DNA of 64,000 bases from Eledone cirrhosa (taxonomy: Eukaryota): the NCBI GenBank assembly GCA_964016885.1, contig OZ024740.1:337280001-337344000 (forward strand). Direction: 5' to 3'. A program made the position numbers and the translations under genes. The notes under the pieces were generated by a model. It did no database searches. It was not told where the DNA came from and saw only the letters and a program-made list of their open reading frames with translations. Shown piece after piece: positions 12,704-25,269 of the stretch (its first letter is position 1; every line of letters starts with the position of its first letter).

Positions 12704-14936
12704 TCATCATCATCATCATCATCATCACCGTTTTACGTCCGCTAGCATAGGTTAAACGGGTTGTCCTGTTGTGGGCAGTGTCTGGTCGGCTGACCATGCC
12801 TTGCTCATACAGGAACTGATTTGGTTTGATTTCTACAGCTGGATGCCCTTCCTAACACCAACCTCATTTACAGTGAGTGCTGGGTGCTTTTTCGTGGCGC
12901 CTACACGTCCACTTTACAGTGTGGGCTGGGTGCATTTTTGTTGTGGCACCTCCACGACCACCTTGCAGTGGGAGGGTGTGGGGGCATATTGTCTATATGC
13001 TTCAGCTTGTATCCATGGGAGGTCGGGTACTCTGTATTACTGCATGACGCCAGAGGTCACGGTCATGTGTCATCGCCTTGGAGAGGCGTAATTGGGTAAG
13101 GTCGGCTTTTATCACCTCATCCCAAGTCATCTTGGGTCTCCCCACTCCGTGGTTTCCATCGACTTCTAGTGCTCTGCACCTTTTTATGCAGCTGTCATCC
13201 TTCATACGCATCACATGTCCATACCAACGCAACTGCCTCTCCTGCACACAGCATTTGATTCCTCTTATGCTCAGTCTCTCTCTCAATTCATTTATGCTTT
13301 GTCGGTCGTGTATATTACTATTACACATCCATCGGAGCATGCAGGCTTCGTTTCTCTCTAATCTACGTAAGTCTTCCACCTTCAGTGCCCAGGTCTCACT
13401 ACCATGTAACATTGCTGTTCGGATACACACATCATACAGTCTGCCTTTCATTTTGAGGGAGAAGCCTTTTGCAGCTAGCAGTGGTAGTAGTTCCCTGAAC
13501 TTCTTCCATCCCGTTCTTACCCTAGTTATTGTACTTTCTGAACACCCACCTCCGCTGCTAATTTGGTCACCTAGGTAGCAGAAGCTGTCTACTGTCTCTA
13601 CAGAGCCCTCCCAGAGATTGGTGGTACTTGTTTCCTGTGGCTGTTTGCTGCTTGCTGTCCCAGTACAGCTGCTGCATGTGAAGCCTACATTCTTAATTAA
13701 GCTTCCTGAGATCCCGCTACATCTCTTGTGTACCCATTGTTTGCATTTGGGGCAGAGAATGGAGTTCCTACCTACACCTTTCCTACATACTGAGCAAGGC
13801 CATTTCCCTAAGGGGATCTGGGTTCTGTTTTCTCGTCTACTTACAAGGACCTTAGTCTTTGTCATGTTGACTTTGAGACCCTTTCTTTCTAGTCCATGCT
13901 TCCAAGTTTGGAATTTCTTCTCTAGTTCTACCATAGATTCAGCTATAAGTGCGAGGTCATCAGCATACAGGAGTTCCCATGGGCATCCGGTCTTAAACTC
14001 CTCCGTTATTGCCTGCAGGACTATGATGAACAGGAGAGGGCTAAGAACAGAGCCCTGGTGGACACCAACCTGTACGCTAAATTCCTCGCTATACTCATTG
14101 CTAATCCTAACTTTGCTGACTGCTCCCCTATACATGGCTTGTACAGCTTTCACAAGCCATTCATCTACTCCTAGTTTTCTAAGAGCCCACCAGATTACAG
14201 CACGTGGAACTCTGTCAAAGGCTTTCTCGAGATCGACGAATGCCAGGTAGAGTGGCTTACTTTTAGCTAGGTACTTTTCCTGTAACTGCCTCACAAGGAA
14301 GAGGGCATCAGTGGTGCCTCTTCCTGGTACAAACCCAAATTGCATCTCATCTAGTTTCACCCGGTCCCTAATCAACTGTGCTATAACTCTTTCTGTTACT
14401 TTCATGACCTGGTCCATCAGCTTTATACCTTTATAGTTTCCTCTATCGAGTGCATCACCTTTACCTTTGTAGCAGTTGACAATGATGCTACTGCACCAAT
14501 CTTTTGGTATGACATCTTCTAGTATTACCTGGTTAACAATACGTGTGGTTATAGTGTGACCTACAGACCCAGATGCCTTCAGCATCTCGGCAGCTATACC
14601 CGATGGACCGGTTGCCTTCCCCATCTTCATATCTTTGATTGCCTTACTTACTACGATGCTGCTGAATTGTACTGCTGGCCCCTCTATAGGGTCTACTTGG
14701 GGTAGGGTCTCTTCTTCCCATGCATTCTTCTCATTTAGTAATCTATCATAATGACTCTTCCATGCATCTTTCTTCTCAGCACTTGTGAGGGAAAGCTCAC
14801 CTTTATCATTCCGGATACACTTCTCTCCAATGACATCACAATTCTCTCTGACACACTGCCTCGCAATCTTGAACACCTCCTGTTTCTGGTCCTCTCGTTG
14901 CAAAACATGCTTGAATTTTCTATCCTCTGCTTCCCT

Positions 14937-14938
<2 letters not shown>
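12704..14938 (-). mobile_element. 5'-truncated RTE-clade LINE with uninterrupted RT ORF (13002-14903), 3' UTR and (GAT)n tail
   Basis: QFGF, AFVDLEKAFDRV, GVHQGSVLSPLLF, LLYADD, YLG and RWYGHV motifs. Tail reads (CAT)n at 12704 on +. No endonuclease present. Confidence 0.95.
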
Positions 14939-14968
<30 letters not shown>

Positions 14969-14973
<5 letters not shown>

Positions 14974-15338
14974 ATATTAAGTAAATGGAAACTATATTTA
15001 TAAAACCATATTTATTTTATATATATTTCAAGGGTACCAAAAGATTTTGGTACGCTTTCTTCAGATAAAATACAAAATTTGTTTTATAAATAGAGACATA
15101 CCCAGGAAAATCCTACCTTATCAGTTGGATATTCTCTGGATAGTGCACTATCAGAGAATACTATCCAGAGAATATCCAACTGATAAGGTAGGATTTTCCT
15201 GGGTATGTCTCTATTTATAAAACAAATTTTGTATTTTATCTGAAGAAAGCGTACCAAAGTCTTTTGGTACCCTTGAAATATATATAATAAAATAAATATG
15301 GTTTTATAAATTAAGTTTCCATTTATTTAATATCATTG
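14969..15338. repeat. ~175-bp-arm inverted repeat, probable Penelope-like pLTR fold-back, next to (TA)n
   Basis: 14969-15144 is the near-perfect reverse complement of 15160-15338. Arms contain a hammerhead motif followed by aataaa. Confidence 0.85.
15232..15294 (+). ncRNA. Type I minimal hammerhead ribozyme motif
   Basis: tattttat CTGAAGA aagcgtaccaaa..tttggtaccctt GAAA tatata TA^ ataaaata. 8-bp stem I, 11-bp stem II with one C.C mismatch, palindromic stem III, predicted cut after 15286 (AUA). Confidence 0.8.
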
Positions 15339-15464
15339 AATATTTACTCCAGGAACTTGTTGAGTGCTCTAAATCAGTTATAAACATTTATATTTATATT
15401 TGTCGGATTTCCAACAAATTATATACCCCCTTCTACTTATATATATATATATATATATATATAA

Positions 15465-15662
15465 GAAAAACCACAGACCCTCCATCTCAACTCTACTTTT
15501 GAAAAGCAGAAGAACTGTGAAACCGGTAAAGGAACCAAATAAATATATATATTTTTTAAAAAATAAGACCTCAGTTGCATTTTCGATTTCATCTTTTTTT
15601 CTTTATACTTTCACTCGTGTAGGACACCTCGGTTATTTTTCATTTTGTAAAAAAAACCTCAC

Positions 15663-15668
<6 letters not shown>
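15465..15668 (+). repeat. Dispersed repeat, second copy at ~61535-61712
   Basis: Shared ccctcca.ctcaa.tctacttttgaaaagca...gaaaccggtaaaggaa...cgtgtaggaca...aaaacctca.tttct. Confidence 0.75.
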
Positions 15669-15716
<48 letters not shown>

Positions 15717-16124
15717 CCATCCCATGCCATCATGGAAATCAGATTTAAAACTATTAATATTCAATAAATAATGTGGAAGGAGATAGAAGACTAAATTATG
15801 CAAAATTGACTGTAAGATGAAGGCAATGAAAAAGTAAGTTACCTGGTAATCGTTGTTTTTTTAAAATTCTTTTTGTTTTTGTTTTTTGTTGCTGGTGTTT
15901 CTTTCATCCTAATATTTTGGGAATTAAAATTCCCTTCTTAAGAGTATAAGAAACTCTCAGAGAAAAATGTTCCAGTTTCTTCTCTTTGGAATTAAATTTA
16001 GATTACAATTTTATAAACCGCTTTCCAAGCATTGTTCGATGTTTACTTTGTTATTCACAAGAAGAATGACATCAATTGCCGATGTAGTATTTCATGGAAT
16101 CACTTTTCAATATATTTATTCCAG

Positions 16125-16317
16125 TTCCATTGGATTCACTTTGTGCTGTGAAGTTGGTGAATGCAACAAAAGGTAAGGTATCACCAAAGTCATCTCCTAT
16201 CACTTCTCCAAGGACATCGCCAAAGATGAAAAGAGCAAAATCAGAACAAGACTTTCGTGGTCAACCACAGATTGTGAGATCAAATGTTGGCCTCAAATGG
16301 AATGAAAGATTTGAACT
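16125..16317 (+). CDS. BAIAP3: Internal exon B of BAIAP3/Munc13-4-like gene (C2A with Ser-Pro-rich loop insert)
   Basis: tttattccag| ... |gtaagt. 193 nt, phase 1 to 2, (V)PLDSLCAVKLVNATKGKVSPKSSPITSPRTSPKMKRAKSEQDFRGQPQIVRSNVGLKWNERFE(L). WNERF matches the C2 W-N-E-x-F motif; phase fits exon A. Confidence 0.9.
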
Positions 16318-16519
16318 GTAAGTTGACGTTTTAGGTGTCTAAACTCCATGAATATATTATTATCATCATCATCATTGACCTCCTCCTCTCCACTCTCCTC
16401 GTCATCTTCCACCCCATGCTCCCCCCTCCCCTATATCCCCCTCCATCTTCCTCCCCATGCTCCCCTGCCTCCTCCTCCTCTACATCATCATAATCATCAT
16501 TGTCATTTGTCTTACTGCA

Positions 16520-17570
16520 GCCTTAACTTCTTTCAATGTGGGAGGATCATCAAGCTTATTAATGATGGGAGCCTGCTCCATGGCTCAATCACGCTGGTTA
16601 TAATGAGAGATGTGTAACTTAGAAAGTTGTTAAAGTATTCCTGCCATCTTGTCCTGATTTCATCAAGCTGTGCAATAAATCATTACCAATCTTTGACTTC
16701 AGTGGGGCAGATACTGTGCTGAGTGGGCTATACACTATGCAAAGTTTGTCATATAATGATTTAGCAGCTCGTTGAGGCTTGTATGTGGTGCACTTTATTG
16801 AACCACCATGAATCTTTTGCTGCCCAGAGTTCACACTGCACTCTTGCCTTACATTCTTTGATAGCCTTCTCTGCACCTTTCTTTGAACATGACAAGAATC
16901 TGTCCAAACATATTTTCTTTTCCCTTAGGAGGTTTTTCACTAGTGGTTCATTTGCAATAAACTAGCCTAGACTTTTTTCTCTGCATAACCCAATTTGTGG
17001 CCACTGCTTCACAAAGTTGTTTGCTGAAAGATAGACATGCATTTATACGTCTCAGGACCATGACACTATATGAACATGAACATGGTGAGTTACTCTTAGG
17101 GAAACCATGTGCACCTCTGGTCCAACAATGTGCACCTCTCATACAACGGAAAGATCTGACATCCCACAACTCATTTCGTCTTACAATCACAAAGCCAATA
17201 ATATGCCAATGATTTGTACATGTTCTTCTGTATGAACCATGTGCTTTCTATGACAAGATTGAATTTTGGCACAACTGCAACAGGAGACGTCCATTGCTAT
17301 TATACTTTTCCATACCATGATGAGCTATGCTGCTCCATGTAGTAGAGTCACATCCAGCATGAGTCTTCAAATCATCCAACACTATAAGTTTGTCCTCCAA
17401 TGAAATGCAAGCAGGAAACTTACTTGCACAGTGTGTGGTATGATATATGTCATTTCCTGGTTTGATAAGGTATCTAAGGCAGCACCAATGACAGGAACAT
17501 CAATAACATGTTTTTGCCAATGTCTGTTTTTTTAATATTCTAAGAAGTGGTCATACTTGGACATGAGTTG
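16520..17570 (-). pseudogene. Old RTE/BovB-type LINE fragment (AP-endonuclease and linker)
   Basis: Minus-strand DKLIVLDD...HGMEKYNSNGRLLLQLC...HWHII.FVIVRRNELWDVRSFRCMRGAHCWT and VYSPLSTVSAPLKSKIG, with stops and frameshifts. Confidence 0.8.
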
Positions 17571-17596
17571 GCTTCCACTATGTATGTATATGTATA

Positions 17597-17868
17597 TCAT
17601 CATCATCATCATTTTACGTCCGCGTTTTCCCTGCTTGCAAGGGTTGGACGGGAACTGATTCTGGGTTGATTTCTACAGCTGGATGCCCTTCCTAACACCA
17701 ACCTCATTTACAGTAAGTGCTGGGTGCTTTTTTTCCGTGGCACCTCCACGACCACTTTGCAGTGGAATGATAGGGACCCCAGTCCCTATCATCTCATTTC
17801 TACACCTGAGTAAACTGGAGCAATGTGAAATAAAGTGTCTTGCTCAAGGAAACAACACATCACCCGGT
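17597..17868 (-). mobile_element. 5'-truncated SINE family 1 with RTE-derived tail
   Basis: Near-identical to 23643-23920; (CAT)n tail. Confidence 0.8.
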
Positions 17869-17884
17869 GTACCACTAAGGCATG

Positions 17885-17942
<58 letters not shown>

Positions 17943-18887
17943 AAAAAAATAAAAATAAAAACACTCGGTTCAGTGCCCGAGTGTACAGTTAGCCCACATA
18001 CATACAGTGAGAGACCCCTAGTTCTTGTCAGATTATTCTAGGAGAAGGAAACCTCTGATGTAAAACCTGCAACTTGATGGCAACCAATGATGTTGACCTG
18101 TTCTTCTTTTAGGATACTTGTCACCATTGTTCAGAAAGTGGGATTGGTCCAGTGCAAGGCCTTTCTTCATTTAAAAAAGCTTCAAGCACAGGCATCACTT
18201 GATTTAAACAATTTTCACATCTGCTGCATGAGCTAGGCTTTTTCTTTGTTCTTTATTTTTTCACTGCAGCATATGCAAAAAGGAATGTTAGTCCTTGGAA
18301 GGGCCACCCATGTATGAGAAAAAGGTCAAGGAATGGTAATTCTCCAAACTGAGCTGCAACTATTATATATGTGTGCATATGTCTGGTTATGTGTATAAGT
18401 GTTTGACTATCTCTATGGGCTATCATGTTGACTTTGTTTAACCTCTTCAGTGCTGTGGATGAGATAACTTGTCCTAACATGTTTGAACTCTTTTCCAACA
18501 GTTTATAACTTTAAAGTTATAAACATGTTTCCAACAGTTCATAACTTCAAAGCGAGATGGGATTACTAGTTTATTGATGTGACGTTAATAATGTGTTGTT
18601 AATAATGTGTTGTTAATAAATGTTTATTTAAAGAAATATTCATTTTACTGAAAAAACCCCTCTGCACAGCGCCTATAGCTGTGTATAACATACGTGACAG
18701 TCAACAGGTTAAAGCAGGCAATGTTGTTTATATCCCACAGCTTATAGGTTTGATGGAGGTCATCAGTATATCCCAAAGTAAGGATTCATGTCAGCAAGTC
18801 CATCCAAACCATATCCCATCCAAACCATGCCAACATAGAAAAGCAGACATGAATATGATGATGTTGGTGAAGATGATATATATCATC

Positions 18888-19068
18888 CAGTATTGGTAGA
18901 GGGTCGGACGCCATGCTTTGCAGCATAAAGCTACAGCCCTTTATGGTCTGAGTTCAAATCCCACTGAGGTTAACTTTGCCGTTCATCCTTATGGGATTGA
19001 TAAAATAACGCACCAGTAATACACTGGGATAATTGCTGGCCTTGTGCCAAAAGTAGAAAACAATTATT
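18888..19068 (+). mobile_element. SINE family 2
   Basis: Homologous to 2969-3157. Confidence 0.85.
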
Positions 19069-19089
19069 ATCCTCTCCTCCTTATATCTG

Positions 19090-19158
<69 letters not shown>

Positions 19159-20194
19159 CCTTCCTTATTTGTTTCTACATGCTTGCATGCGTTTATATTT
19201 ACGCCCCCACACATACACACATACCCACAAATATGATTTTCCTTTCTAAATATCCAAGAAGAGTTATTGCCAAAATATTTAATATTTGCACACTGTTAAC
19301 ACCAACATTCATGTTAATTATATATAGCAGCAGTTATTCCAATATCCCTGCTGTTTTGTCAATAATTTGGGTGTGTAGGCATGTATATATATTTATGTGT
19401 GTGTATATAAATATATTTATATACACCCACCTAGATTATTTCTTCACTAACACCAATAATGATTAAAACATTCATATAGTTTAAACCAGCAAGGGATCCT
19501 TTATATGATCCCTGGACTCGCTAGAAATAGCAGCTGAAACTCCCTTGAATCATAGGCTACACTCTTAAAAATTGAAGGACACGTTTGATACTGTAGTCTT
19601 GGATATACAAAAATATGGTTAGAAAGCCTTTGATCTTAGGTATGCTCATTGAAGACTGACCTGAGGATAAACAACAACAAAATATACTTTGGTGTACTAA
19701 ATTTTGAAAATATTTAATTTATTTATTATCACCAGTATCATTAATATTCTATGTCCTTTATCCATTCTGGTATGGAATGGATATGTTGCAGTTTGGACAT
19801 GTTGCTAGAAAGGTCAGAAGATCACATCTTGTTCAAACATTTCATTTTTGGTATGGTTTCAACAACTGGATTCCTTCTAACACCGACCACATTACAGAGT
19901 GCACTGGATGCAATTTATCATAGCACAAGCACTAGAGAGGTTATGTCCTCAGCTTGATAAAAGAGCTTTCCAAATCTTATGTTGTCTTCACTCATTCGTT
20001 AATCATTTTACTGAGTGTACCTGGTATTTTTTAATGTAGCATTAGTACTAGTGCTGTTACCTTATACCCAACAAAGCCAAAGAGTCCTCACTATTCTCTG
20101 GGGGTCACTATTTATTCAAAAGTATATATAATGCTGAACAATGAAAGAATAAAACAAAGGGAATTAGTTCATTGATCATTGTTTTACAATCATT

Positions 20195-20450
20195 TCATGG
20201 TGATGATGATGATAATGACAATATTGATGATGATGATGATAATTGTGGCTATAATGATGATGTTGAAGATGATGATGATGGTGATGATGATGATGATGAT
20301 GATCAGGCAGGCTATAATGATGATGGTGATGATGATGATGACAATGAGAATATCGATGATGATGGAGGCTATAATAATGATGCTGATGATGATGACAGTC
20401 ACAATGATGAGAAAGAGGACATAGTGGTAGTAGTAGTAGTAGTATTAGTA
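20195..20450. repeat. Degenerate (GAT)n microsatellite
   Basis: GAT/AAT triplet runs; the overlapping ORFs are low-complexity. Confidence 0.9.
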
Positions 20451-20835
20451 TTAAGACATTTAATTACTAAACAACAATAGTGGACTTTAGGCATAGCTGC
20501 ATGGTTAAGAAGCTCACATGGTTTGAGGTTCAGTCCCACTGCGTGACACATTCACAAAATGTCTTTGTTATAACTTTGGGTTGACTGAAGCCATGGAGTG
20601 AATTGGATAAATAGAAACTGTGTGGAATCCATTGGCTGGATTGTACCTGTAATTGTACCTGTAATCCAGCTTTGTCATATATTGTCAATGATTTAGCTTG
20701 GGAATACTCAATAATATACATGTTAACATAGAGTTAAGTACTCAGTTGATTGTGTAAATGTATTGGAACTGGTGGAGGACTCATTACTATCAAAATAACT
20801 ATAGCTATTATTACTCAAACAATTTCTCTCACTCT

Positions 20836-21240
20836 CATACACTTGCACACACACATACACATATATACATATATACATACACTTGCACACACACATACAC
20901 ATATATACATATATACATACACTTGCACACACACATACACATATATACATATATACATACACTTGCACACACACATACACATATATACATATATACATAC
21001 ACTTGCACACACACATGCACATACACATATATACATACACTTGCACACACACATACACATATATACATATATACATACACTTGCACACACACATACACAT
21101 ATATACATATATACATACACTTGCACACACACATACACATATATACATATATACATACACTTGCACATACAGAAGCACACACACACACATACACATATAT
21201 ACATACACTTGCACATACAGAAGCACACACAGACATACAC
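20836..21240. repeat. 40-bp minisatellite built from CA/TA microsatellite
   Basis: Unit acttgcacacacacatacacatatatacatatatacatac repeated about 9-10 times. Confidence 0.9.
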
Positions 21241-21247
21241 ATACGTG

Positions 21248-21530
21248 CATCATCATCATCATCATCATCATCATCGTTTAACGTCCATGTTCCACGCTTG
21301 CATGGGTTTGGACGGGAGTTTTCCCACTTGAGGCAAGAGTGGTTGTCTTGCTCGCATAGGACTGTCTGGTGGGTTTTCTACACTTGGATGCCCTTCCTAA
21401 CACCAATCACATTTACAGTGTGGGACTGGGAGGTTTTTACCGTGTTGCCTACACGGCCACATTACAGCGTGGACTGTTTGTTTTTTTGACGTGACACCTA
21501 CACGATCTCATTTGTTTCGGCCTGGATGTT
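21248..21530 (-). mobile_element. 3'-UTR-only copy of the young RTE LINE
   Basis: Near-identical to 54015-54295; (CAT)n tail. Confidence 0.85.
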
Positions 21531-22020
21531 GATACGCATATACACACACATACACATATACACACATACACACATGTTCATACACAAGCACACTTGCACA
21601 TACACATTAATACAGACGTATATACACATATACATACACACACAAGCACACACACATACATATACATATGCTTGCATACACATACATATACACAGAAGCA
21701 TATGCATGCACACACATTCCCACATATAAAAACACAAGCACATATACAAACATACAAACATAGACACATACATATAGACAACATTGACCCAAGATGTTTT
21801 GTTGAAATAGTTGGTACTTCTCACTTGCAGTCTCTTCTGTATATTATGGGTTGAAAAGGAGAAAAAATCATTTAGTACCCTACAAAGCCCAACCAGGTTT
21901 GAAGGGCTTGCTGGGGTAGGGTACAGGGTACAAAAAAAAGAATAATAGCTGATATAGGGCCAAGAATGTGACACAAGTGAATCCAAAGACCCAGTTTTCA
22001 GTGACCTGTCTGTTTGTTGT

Positions 22021-22214
22021 AATAATTGTTTCTACTTTTGGCACAAGGCCAGCAATTATCCCAGTGTATTACTGGTACTTTATTTTATCGACCCCATAAG
22101 GATGAAAGGCAAAGTTAACCTCGGCGGGATTTGAACTCAGTCCTCCGTAAAGGGACGTAACTGTGCTGCAAAGCATGGCGTCCGACCCTCTACCGATACT
22201 GCCAATCCACCGCC
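22021..22214 (-). mobile_element. SINE family 2 with TSD
   Basis: gtttgttgtaataattgtt duplicated at 22012-22030 and 22215-22233. Confidence 0.9.
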
Positions 22215-22729
22215 GTTTGTTGTAATAATTGTTCCTTATTTAGACTCACCCCAAGCAAGGCAATAAAACCCCTGAAATGCAAGGGGTTACATAATTATAG
22301 AATTTATTGCAATACAAAATATCCAGTTGTAAAAAAACAACTGTACAATATACATGGTAATAAGGAAACAAAAAAAGGAGAGGAAAATAAGAAAAAGAGT
22401 AAACAAATTGGGGGAATTGAGCAATGAAAGAAAGGAAGTGTGTGTGGGGCCGGTGACAGGCTCTATATCCCAGTCTGAGCTATGTTTCAGTTGTGGTTGG
22501 TGGATAAAATGGCAAGGGTATTGCTGCGGAGAATGACCAATGAGAACATAATTTAAAGAAAGGGAAGATGACAATTGATGTTACTTTTGAATTTTGGCAA
22601 ATTGTGCGTGGAAGATGGAGCTTAAACGAAGATGATGATGATGATGTAGAGGACAGGAAAGGAACTGGGATTTGTAATTACATTACTCCACTGGTACTTT
22701 ATTTTATCAACCTCAGAAGCTCAGAGGGA

Positions 22730-23080
22730 TCTTCTTCTTCTTCTTCTTCTTTAGAGAGTTGTCCGGGCTGAGTCCACAGGTCCTGTCAGAAGCAACAATC
22801 TCCAACTGATCTAGCTGGATCTCCAAGCATGACCAGCCAAGCTCGTGGATGTTATTCAACCATCTTGCTCGGAGTATACCCCTGGGTCTCTTGCTGGTTG
22901 GTTTTACCTGTAAAATCTGTCCAGCAAGTCTTTCCTGTAACATTCTAACCACATGCCCTTAGTATTGTAGCTGTGATCTCTCAATTCGCAGAAGTAGCTG
23001 CTCTGTCTGGAGTGACTCTGATCTCTGAGTTATGCACTCTATCAAGTAATGTTACTCCAAAGACACTTTGGAGGAATCTT
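22730..23080 (-). pseudogene. RTE-clade LINE 3' fragment with (GAA)n tail
   Basis: ORF 22713-22952 KRPRG..RARWLNNIHELGW; (TTC)n at ~22730-22751. Confidence 0.75.
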
Positions 23081-23264
23081 GTCTAATGCTCTATAATTCT
23101 ACCAATCCACTCCTCTTACAGTTGCAATTATAAATAGAAAAAAATAAACAACAAAAATATCAATAACAATAACAACAACAGCAGTGGCAACAACAACAAC
23201 AACAGTCTCAAATATTCACCAACCATAAAATTGCTTTTGGTCATGTGTTCTATTGATTACTAGA

Positions 23265-23295
<31 letters not shown>

Positions 23296-23529
23296 CGTAA
23301 GTGTGTGTGTTAATAGAGAGATGGCTAATGTGATATATATATGGAGATAGATTGATAGACAGATAGATAGATAGATAGATAATGAAAGAGTGTATATATA
23401 TGTGTGTGTGTGTGTGTGTGGGGGGGGGGGTTATAAGAAGAGATAGAGAGAGAAATAGAGAAATTGTGTACGGAGGTTGTAGGTAGAGATGGATAGAGAT
23501 AGAAAGGTGAATGTGTGTGAGAGAGAGAG

Positions 23530-23599
<70 letters not shown>

Positions 23600-23642
23600 T
23601 ATGAGTGTCCAAATTGAAATATAGAGGGATATAGAGAATGTG

Positions 23643-23989
23643 CATCATCATCATCATCATCATCATTTTACGTCCGCTTTTCCCTGCTTGCAAGGGTGGG
23701 ACGGGAACTGATTCTGGCTTGATTTCTACAGCTGGATGCCCTTCCTAACACCAACCTCATTTACAGTGAGTGCTGGGTGCTTTTTTTTCCGTGGACCTAC
23801 ACGACCACTTTGCAGTGGAATGATATGGACCCCAGTCCCTACCATCTCATTTCTACAGCTGAGTAAACTGGAGCAATGTGAAATAAAGTGTCTTGCTCAA
23901 GGAAACAACACATCACCCGGTCTGAGAATTGAACTCACAACCTATCGATTGCAAGGCCAATGCCCTAACCACTAAGCCATGTGCCTCCA
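23643..23989 (-). mobile_element. Full-length SINE family 1 (tRNA head, body, short RTE tail)
   Basis: Minus strand begins ggaggcacatggcttagtggttagggcattggccttgcaatcgataggttgtgagttcaattctc and ends ...gcggacgtaaaa(tga)n. Confidence 0.9.
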
Positions 23990-25020
23990 TAATATATAAA
24001 TAATATATATATAAAAATGTAGGAAAGTATCTATCTACCCCTTCATCTATCTATCTTTCTATTTTTCACTCTCTCTCTCTCCCTATTTATATAGTGATCT
24101 CATGTACAGTTTGATGAGTGTGTGTGTTTTTTTAAAATAAAATCACAGTTTTATGTCATTGATTGTGATATAGCTGCTGGTGGGGTTGATAGTATTGGGA
24201 GTAGTGGTGGTAGTACAAAATCAACAATAGAAACCGTAAACTATGAAAATATAATATATATTGGTATATACACAGGAAACTGGATGGTTGAGAATACTAA
24301 ATTTTTCCTTGGTGAAGAATATACCACTCAGCATAGATAAGTGGGTAGTGACATTAGAGTTAAGAGCTAGACAGACTCAGAGCCAAGACAATTAGAAGGA
24401 AGGTATAGAAGCTGAAAGAGCCTTTGGCTAGACATAAGTTCAAGGAAGTACTAGGTTGATGTGAATGTCAAAAATGTGGAAGAGATAGAGATCTATAACG
24501 TTGTTTCTATGAGACAATCTATGAGACAATCCGGTGTAAGTAAGAGTCTAGATCTGTAAGATGGAACAAGTTTCCAGCAAGATTGAAGGGGATGTATTAG
24601 TGGAACGTTATGGTAGATAGATCCACAGAAACTAAAAATAGAAGACATCAAGAGGCAAGGGACATTACCAGGTAGCTGGAAGGAAAGCTAGACATTAAGT
24701 ATACTTAGTAAGGAGAGATGTTGGAAATAAACGGTTTATCAATGTGTGAGGATTAGAGGTCTGACAATATCTGGATTGCAAAGTAGTGTGTTAGGGTGAA
24801 TCAAAATGCTGCATAAAAGTATGTATTTAATGGTAGCAGTGCACTTGGTCTCACTGATACAGAGAGGAAGAAAACATGGAAATATTACCTTGAGAGGTTG
24901 CTAAGTGAGGAAAATGCATGAGAGAGAGAGGGAGAGGAGAGAGAGAGAGAGAGCAACAGAGTGACTAACTATTGAAATGGATAACAGTCATATAGCTGAA
25001 AGAGCCATTAAGAACATTAA

Positions 25021-25269
25021 CCCTTTAGCATTTAAACCATTTGAACAAATAGAGGTGAGAGAATTCTGGCTGTATCCAGCCAGAATTCTCTCATCTCTAT
25101 TTACTTAAACCAGCTGGAACTGGCCACTCATACTGATGTTAAGGTATTGTTCCCAAATAAATAATATCAAGCTCTCATAGATTTGATATTATGTAAGATA
25201 ATTGTGTGAGGTAATGCTTTTACCATGAAAATATAATAGTAAATTTAGAGTTATGTAAATGCAAAAGGG
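25021..25269. mobile_element. piggyBac-like MITE (family B)
   Basis: TTAA|ccctttagcattta ... taaatgcaaaaggg|TTAA. Confidence 0.85.

Noticed and set aside
13078-14250. Antisense ORFs over the RTE copies (also 38717-39285 and 58146-59606)
   Set aside because: Shadow frames of the RT coding strand with no independent motifs.
16171-16178. Alternative donor AAG|GTAAGG inside exon B
   Set aside because: Use would end the exon in phase 1, incompatible with phase-2 exon C, and would delete core C2 strands. There is no evidence of use.
20723-21986. His/Thr/Tyr- or Val/Cys-rich ORFs (also 56696-57465 and 60469-61556)
   Set aside because: Translations of CA/TA/GAT microsatellites.
24300-24900. Possible very old minus-strand LINE RT remnant (similar purine-rich tract at ~26620-27130)
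   Set aside because: The composition is suggestive, but no clean motif could be read, so it is left unannotated.
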